DNA of 64,000 bases from Eledone cirrhosa. Taxonomy: Eukaryota. This document shows, in pieces, positions 56,726 through 64,000 of this stretch (position 1 is the stretch's first letter; each line of letters opens with the position of its first letter). Location: positions 386,694,001-386,758,000 of the forward strand of contig OZ024741.1 in NCBI GenBank assembly GCA_964016885.1, read 5' to 3'. The position numbers and the translations under genes were made by a program. The notes under the pieces are model-generated. The model made no database searches. It saw only the letters and a list, made by a program, of their open reading frames with translations, and was not told the origin of the DNA.

Positions 56726-57059
56726 CAGTTTGTTGTATGTAGGATTTATTTCATATGATTGACGCAGCAGGCGTGGCTGAGTGATTAAGAAGTTCGCTTC
56801 GCAATCTTGGGCCCCGGGTTCTATCCCACTGCGTGGTATCTTGAACCAGTGTATTTACCATAGTGTATGTTTAATTTCCTTCTGATTTTAATATTCTGTA
56901 AAGGTGTGAGTTGTTATTGTAGTTATATATTCTCAGGTCAACAGTTACATCTTTCCACGTTCTGAGTTCAAATTCTATTTTACCTTTCATCCTTGCGAAG
57001 TTTCATAAAATACCTCACCAGTTAGATACTGGGATCAATATATATCATCATCATCATTG

Positions 57060-57385
57060 CGACCATAGTCAAACATTCCTGACAAAGTCTCTCCACAATT
57101 CACGATTTTCTATTGGTTCCCACAACAGTAGCTTGTATATAACTTCCTGTTTACTTCTCCAACAATGTCCTGCAAATTATCATGGTTATTGAGCAATTGT
57201 AATTGTTATTTTGGGAAAGTTTCGGTATAAACTTTCATTTGTAATATATTGACGCCAGTATATGGTTTGTACAACCCTAAACACTTCAGTGTATGTACCT
57301 TCTAGTTTTTTCTCAAGTGCTTGTGTTAGGGTCCATGTTCCTGATCTATATATATAACAACACTGACTCAACAGATGTTCCAAGA
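57060..57385 (-). mobile_element. RTE-like LINE 3' fragment
   Basis: SGTWTLTQALEKKLEGTYT..FRVV..IYWRQYITNESLY. Confidence 0.65.
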
Positions 57386-57499
57386 GATCGGTGTAATCAA
57401 TCAGTTATACCATTCCCACTCAATTCGAGGTCTTGTGTCTATATCACAAATCAATATTGTGCTTGTATGTGAGTGTGTATGTATTTGGCCTGTGTGTGA

Positions 57500-57800
57500 A
57501 GACGTGCAGCTTAGTTGTTAGAGCGTTCGGCTCAAGATCGTAAGGTTATGAGTTCGATTGCTGGAGGCGCGTTGTGTCTTTGAACAAGAAACTTTATTTC
57601 ACATTGCTCCACTCCACTCAGCTGTCAACAATTAGTTGCACTTATAATTCATAGGAACAGTTTTGTCTCACTTTGTGTCACTCTGAATCTCTCTGTGAAC
57701 TATATTAAGGGGGTATGTGGAATGTTCAGTCACTTGCACATCGATCTCTCGAGTAAGCTGTCTCGTTGATGAAACAACTGTAATGATCATCATCAGAACC
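57500..57800 (+). mobile_element. tRNA-derived SINE family B (representative copy)
   Basis: A/B-box-like head (GTTAGAGCG...GAGTTCGATT) followed by TGTGTC(C/T)TTGA(G/A)CAAGA(C/A)ACTTTATTTCAC. Related copies near 32065, 32775, 63455 (+) and 7330, 24140, 60710 (-). Confidence 0.75.
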
Positions 57801-60129
57801 CACTGAGGTCGAACATTCATTTAGCAAGTATGTGCGTATTTGTGTATTTGTGAGTGTGTTTGTGTGTGTTTGTAGTATGTGTGTGTGCGTGTCTATGTGT
57901 GTATGTGTGTGTATGTGTGTGTATGTGTGTGTGTGTGTGTGCGTGTCTATGTGTGTATGTGTGTGTGTGGGGGCGCATCGGGGTGGTCATTTGTACACTT
58001 ACGGTTTTATACTTGTGTGCGTGTGTCTATGTTGTTATGTATGTGTGTGTTTGTGCGTGTGTTATGGGTTTTGTATGTATGTTTGCTGGAGTGTGTAGTT
58101 AATGGTGGGTGCAGGAAGAAACCAAGAGAAAATAATAGAAAAAAAATTTAAAATTGAAATAAATTTTTTTAAATCAGTTAAATAACTAAATAGACAGACA
58201 GAATGTATGTTTTTGTTGTTTTCGTTGTTTTTATGGGGTTTTTTTCTCTTTTTTCTCCTCTCTTCAAATCACGCGGAAAACGGTGAAAATTTAATTCCTT
58301 AACGTTGAAAGCTTTTCCATATTCATTAATCCCTCGTTGAAAATCTAAAGCTGTTGTCGAGAATCTTTACATTACACTTGCGTGGCGTATGGTTGTTGTT
58401 GTTGTTTCATTCCTAGCCTTACCCCACCACCACCACCACAGTTCATCATCACTACCACCGCTATCACCACCACTACCACTACCGCCATCGCAGTCGTCGT
58501 TGCTGCCACTACCGCCACCGCCACCATCACCAACGCCACCAACACCACCACATTCATCATCACTACCACCATCATCACCCCCACCACCAACAACAAGAAC
58601 GCCATCACCATTACCATCAGCACCAACACCACCAACAACACTAACACCATCACCGTCATTACCACCACCACCAACAACACCATCACCACCCTCACCAACA
58701 ACACCATCACGACTCCCAACACTATCACCATCATCACCACCATCACCACCATCAACACCAGCACTGCCACTACCACCACCAAACCATTATATGCCAGTGG
58801 TTTCGTCCTGTTTTGTCTGTTTGCTCATTTTGTTAGCGTTGGTTGATTCCTTGTTTCTATTTTATTTATTTACTAGCGAAAGAGCCCGTTGTTGCCCGGC
58901 ACACCTTTCGTTACTGTAAATAAAGATCCCCTCAACATAGCCGTCTTTAAATAGCCCCAGAACTCAACTATTTTAGTGGGGGGGGGGGGGTTAATCTATA
59001 TGTTGACATGCTCCGGGAGCTAAATAACCTATGTATCAAATTTGAACAAAATCGGATGGAAACTGGAAATGTATCGCATGCATGCAGACAGGGAGAGATT
59101 TAATCAATTTAAACGTCCGTATAGAGCTAGTGAGCTATGGCAGTATCTAGTGGAAGTATCTAGTACTTCTTACAGTTGAGAAACAAAAAGCCAGCTAGAC
59201 AGAGATAAGTGAATATAAACGTTCGTATAGAGCTAGTAAGCCATGACAGACAAGGGTAAGTATCTAGTACCTCTTACAGTTGAGAAACAGAAAGCCAGAC
59301 AGAGACAACTGAATATATACGTCCGTATAGAGCAGAGGTTCTCAAATCTTTTGGGGTCACCGCGCCTCTCATGGCCACGTAAAACCCTCAGCTCCCCATC
59401 CACCAACCTATTTCCAAACAGACCTGCCTACACGAAAATTGTAAATAACATAAATAAAATCGTTAATTTATATATAACAAATAATATATAATGTACAATG
59501 TATAAATAAATATTATATATTTTTTATTTTACTATATTTATATATAATATGTTATTATTACTGTTGTTGTTGGCCTTTTACGTTCTGAGTTCAAATCCCG
59601 CCCAGGTTAACTTTGCCTTTCATCCTTACGAGGTCGATAAAATAAAGCACCAGTAATACACTGGTTCAATTTAATTGACTTACCCCTCCCCCAAATTGCT
59701 GGCCTTGTGTCTATAGTAGAAATTATTATTACTATTGTAGTTGTTTTTGCTGCTGTTGCTGTTGTCATTGTTGTCGTTGTTATTGTTGCTGTTGTTGTTG
59801 TTTGCTATCAATAATTATTACTGTTACCCGTTAACTCACCTATCTAACGAGTATTTTATTTACTTACCCCTTTCGCCCTTCAATTGCCACTGTTGCTAAG
59901 AAGCAACATTTTTTTAATGTTTTGTTTTGTTGACTTGTTTTTGTGGTGGGTGCTTTTCTTTCTGTGCTAAGATGATAATTTTCTAGACTTCAGGTTGGGG
60001 AATGAATGACTATAAAATAATTAGAGAAACACTAAATATTTAAAAATGGAAGAGGAAGGGAAGCAAGGGCTCTAACGCCACAGAAGAATGGGAGGGGGAC
60101 GGGTGATGGGCTCTGGGCCAAGGGTGCGG

Positions 60130-60430
60130 CGGTGTTTGGGCTGCGCCCCTCGGATAAGACCGCAAAAGCATTTCCGTGGACAATGGCCAACGACACCCGC
60201 TGCAACATCCACTCCCAACTCGCGGGGCTCTTGTCTCAGACGGGCTGCTGATGTTCCGATCTTGCGGAGGAGCTCAACAGTACGGGGTCCAAGCATTTCT
60301 GAGGTCTCGTCAGCGACCTGTGTGAAGAGGAAGCGGCCGGACAATCCCCGGTATTTGTCTTCCTCTGCATCGTGGGCCGCAGTGGCAGGGTTTGTGGCGG
60401 AAGTGACTAAGTTGGAGGCAGAGAACGTGT
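60130..60430 (-). mobile_element. CRE-like REL-endonuclease 3' fragment
   Basis: DTFSASNL..SA.NP..AA..AEEDKYRGLSGRFLFTQVADETS.MLGP. Confidence 0.7.
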
Positions 60431-61253
60431 CACTATTTATTTTCCGGATTAGAATGTTATCGAACCTCACCTTTAAAGTGGATACCATATTTATATCTAC
60501 ACAACTTTTGCGCCAGTTTTACCTCCATTGACTGGTCATTTATTCGTGATAGAACTTTGTACATAGTCATTAGTTTTCAACTAGGGATCTTTATTTCTAA
60601 ACTGAAATATAGGGCCCATTTTTCATTATAACTGATCATGGACTTGCACCCGGAAAGTTGCTCTCCAAGCCTGACCGAGGAGTTTTTATGAAAAACCAAC
60701 AGTCAGCTATGCATGCAAGTCTCCTCTTCCCAAAACACTGATGTTGTCCATTGGGAAAGGTGAATGCTGGCACAGCTTGGCTCCAATGACGTCGCAATTC
60801 ATCTTTTCTTGTTCAAAGGTTTGGTGCAATGCAAAATAGTGTCTTCCCCAAGGACACAAAGCGCCACCTGATCCCAAAATGGAACTCACAAATTTACGAT
60901 CGTGAGCCCAACACCCTAACCACTAAGCCATACGTTACTTGTCAACTAAGGGTGTCACAACGTTATTATTCATTAGGATACTATGACATTTAAACTTTTT
61001 ATTGCAATTGTAGATTACTTATATTTACTTTTCAGCTGTTGTTTAGTGTTGAGTCGGCTCAGATCCAGCAGACTTATGATGACGTCCCAGTTGAGATAAC
61101 CTTGTATTTATTAATATTTCATGTGTTGTTTTTTAAAACGATAGGATGTCGTTTTAGGGAGATTTTGTTACTTTTTCTAGCAGGTTCAGTGACCCCATAG
61201 AAGTTCACTCTTTTGTTCGTTGATGGTAGTTTTACTGCTCGGTGTGTGTAGGC

Positions 61254-61310
<57 letters not shown>

Positions 61311-61366
61311 TCTCTCTCTCTCTCTCTCTCTATCTATCTCTCTCTCTCTCGCTCCCTCTCTCTATC

Positions 61367-61423
<57 letters not shown>

Positions 61424-61566
61424 TTCTCTCTCTCTCTACCTTTGTCTCTCTCTCTCTCTCTCTCTCTCCCTCACTCTCTCTCTCTCTCTCGCTCCCTCTC
61501 TCTATCTCTCTCTCTCTCGCTCCCTCTCTCTATCTCTCGCTTTCTCTCTCTCTCTCTCTACTTTTG

Positions 61567-61602
<36 letters not shown>

Positions 61603-63741
61603 GCGCTCTCTCTCTCTCTATCTATCTATCTCTGCCCCCTCTTGTGGAATCTCTATATTTTAAAAACCTCTAGCTTTTTTATTGCAGACTGCTTTATTCT
61701 TCTTATTCGTTGCATAGTGAAACCCCTTGGTGGCTTGTAATATGCTATAAAGGTCGCCACTCTGCGATGTTACCAGTATTTTGATTGAATCTTGTATTTC
61801 CTCAACTGGTTTTGATCATTTGCGTTTCGACTAATGGTGCTTTGTTCATGAGTTCTCAAAGAAGTCTGCGGTTGGATTGCTTTCGATAAATTTCACTTAT
61901 CAGATTTTCATTGATTTTTTTTTTTTCAAAACCTTTTGGGTATCATTTTGCTTGCTATGTCACCAGTATGGGAAGTGACTGGAAGGGAAAGTGATAGGAG
62001 CCTTTCATAAGCTTTTTGTACTCTGTCTCACACTGCCATTGTAAATTTTTGGGATCCGAACGTTATGAGGACATTCAATATATTAAGTCCGCTGTTCCAA
62101 TGTGGCGAAGTTGAAGAGTCGTTCAATCGTTGGATAAAGTCTATAGTCTAAAGTCTGTTTTTAGCCCGGAGGCTCATCAAACTGGTGCTTATTCCTGTTT
62201 CCGTGGCATTAAGCGACTAGGACCAGAAGATTCTCCCATAGACAGGACGCCAGTCCATAGCAGGGTTCATCTCTCAGCTTTTGCTACTGGTACTGGAGTA
62301 TACTGGGGCAAAGTAAAATGAAGCTCAAGAATACAACACAAAACCCAGTCGGATAAAATGGTGTACGATATTTTCCGGCTCTCTGCACTCCAATTTCAAA
62401 TGACACCGATGCCACCTTTGCCTTCCATCTTTTCGAAATCGATAAAATACCACCAGTCCAGGGGAGGTAATGGCTGATGAAGCTTAGCACTGGGCTGTTT
62501 CCGTCTTCCAGCTTTCACTCACAAAGCAATGATAAAACCGAGGCTATAGTAGAAGATACATACCCAAGATGCCATGCAGTGGGACTGAACCCAAAATTAC
62601 GCAGTTACGAAGTGAATTCTTAGGCTGTTTGGATCCACCATTACATTTAGTTGTGAGTTATTTTTTCTCCAAATTCTATATAAATATTTGTCGTATTTTC
62701 GTTTTGTGTGTAGAGTGTCGCTGTGAGATGTATGTATAGTCCTGTAACTCCCAAGAGAGTCGTAGGGGCACCATATTGGTATACGGCGTTTCTAGGGCAT
62801 TTTCAAACCTGACGGAACCCATCCCTCACCAGGCCTGAGAACAGCATATTTCTTCCAAGAGAAGGATAGAGAGGGAAAGAATGGAAATGAGAAAGAGATA
62901 TAGAGGAAGAATCGATTCCGGTACTTGACTGGTACTTTTTATCGACCTCGAATGGGCGAAAGGCAAAGTTGACCTCGGTAGGATTTGAATTCAGAAAGCC
63001 GGAACGAATACCACAAAGCATTATATCTGGCGTTCTAACGTTTCTGCCTATTCGCCGCCTCACTGTGAAATACGCATATAAAATCTGTTTCCCTCCTATC
63101 TGTTTGTGCATTTTCTCTTTAATTGTGAGATCCGGGGAGTGAAGTACGACTCATCGTTGGATATCCGTTTATTTGTTTCTAATTTGTAAATTTTTGCACA
63201 CGAGATTTTTCGTACTTTTTATGCATCAACTTCTATTGTTGTTGACCTTCGACCAAATGAAATCGCTTTATTTTTTTATTTTAATTATTTGTCATTTTAT
63301 ATGTGGTATTAAGATTTTAATGGGACCCATGGTCGAAATTTTCACCAGGTCCTTGCGTATGGGGGGGCTGTTCAGTCAGGTGTTGATATGGACCGTGCTC
63401 CGATAGTTTCTTTGCGCATGGTATGAGATCTCCGAATATCATGAACACTAAGTGAAGGTGGGTGGCTTAGTGGTTAGGGACCAAGCGATGCGTTATGTCC
63501 TTGAGCAAAACACTTTATTACACATTGCTCCTTCTGCCAGGAGTTGCAAGCGGTAGGTAGTATCAGCAATGTAAAGATCAATAGAAACATTGTTTCCTTG
63601 ATCCGATTTGATGAGGTTCTTGGGATCTTGTCGATCGTTTCTATTACGTTACCCCTTTAATACACTAACTAAAACTAATACATCAGTGGATTTAATACTA
63701 CTCAGTTATCTTACATTTTCATCAATTTGTTGTTTTTTTTC

Positions 63742-63980
63742 GATTTGGTTCGTTATTTTTTTCTATTTAAATGTTTTACTCCTTGTTATTTGGAGTTGTC
63801 AAACAGTATGCCTTCATGTTAGACGTAGTCCAGTCTTCAAACAGCATTCTGCAATGTTAGATTTGGTTCGTTATTTTTTTCTATTTAAATGTTTTACTCC
63901 TTGTTATTTGGAGTTGTCAAACAGTATGCCTTCATGTTAGACGTAGTCCAGTCTTCAAACAGCATTCTGCAATGTTAGAT
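63742..63980. repeat. 118-bp tandem duplication
   Basis: Copies start at 63742 and 63860 and appear identical. Confidence 0.92.
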
Positions 63981-64000
63981 GCTACCAGTAGTAGTATTGT

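Noticed and set aside
58372-58919. Thr/Pro-rich mucin-like ORFs (also near 3562, 14100, 34738, 36230)
   Set aside because: Degenerate CAC/CAA/CAT trinucleotide tracts with no splice support or recognisable domain.

Overview
Repeat-dense animal genomic DNA. The SINE families, microsatellite load and very long introns suggest an octopus/coleoid cephalopod (inference). The only host coding sequence I can support is two phase-compatible + strand exons of an UNC-93-family (UNC93A-like) membrane protein gene, at 23632-23768 and 43883-43996, separated by a ~20.1-kb intron. Most or all of the window is therefore probably intronic. Mobile elements: a near-intact DD37D (maT) Tc1/mariner transposon with one premature stop, two decayed Tc1/mariner elements, a cluster of R4/Dong-like LINE remnants, RTE and CRE-like LINE fragments, and many tRNA-derived SINEs. 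Tandem repeats: a 28-bp minisatellite and an ~8.7-kb 23-bp satellite with a degenerate-to-homogeneous gradient. The most notable non-obvious signal is a set of at least seven minimal type-I hammerhead-ribozyme-like motifs in several sequence contexts. Most are followed by AATAAA and all lie near (TA)n tracts. Two different contexts carry a compensatory U3-A8 core. They occur alongside a Penelope-like GIY-YIG remnant with inverted terminal repeats and several non-coding 'hairpin + tail' mini-elements of the same design. Nearly all ORFs in the supplied track are microsatellite or satellite artefacts.
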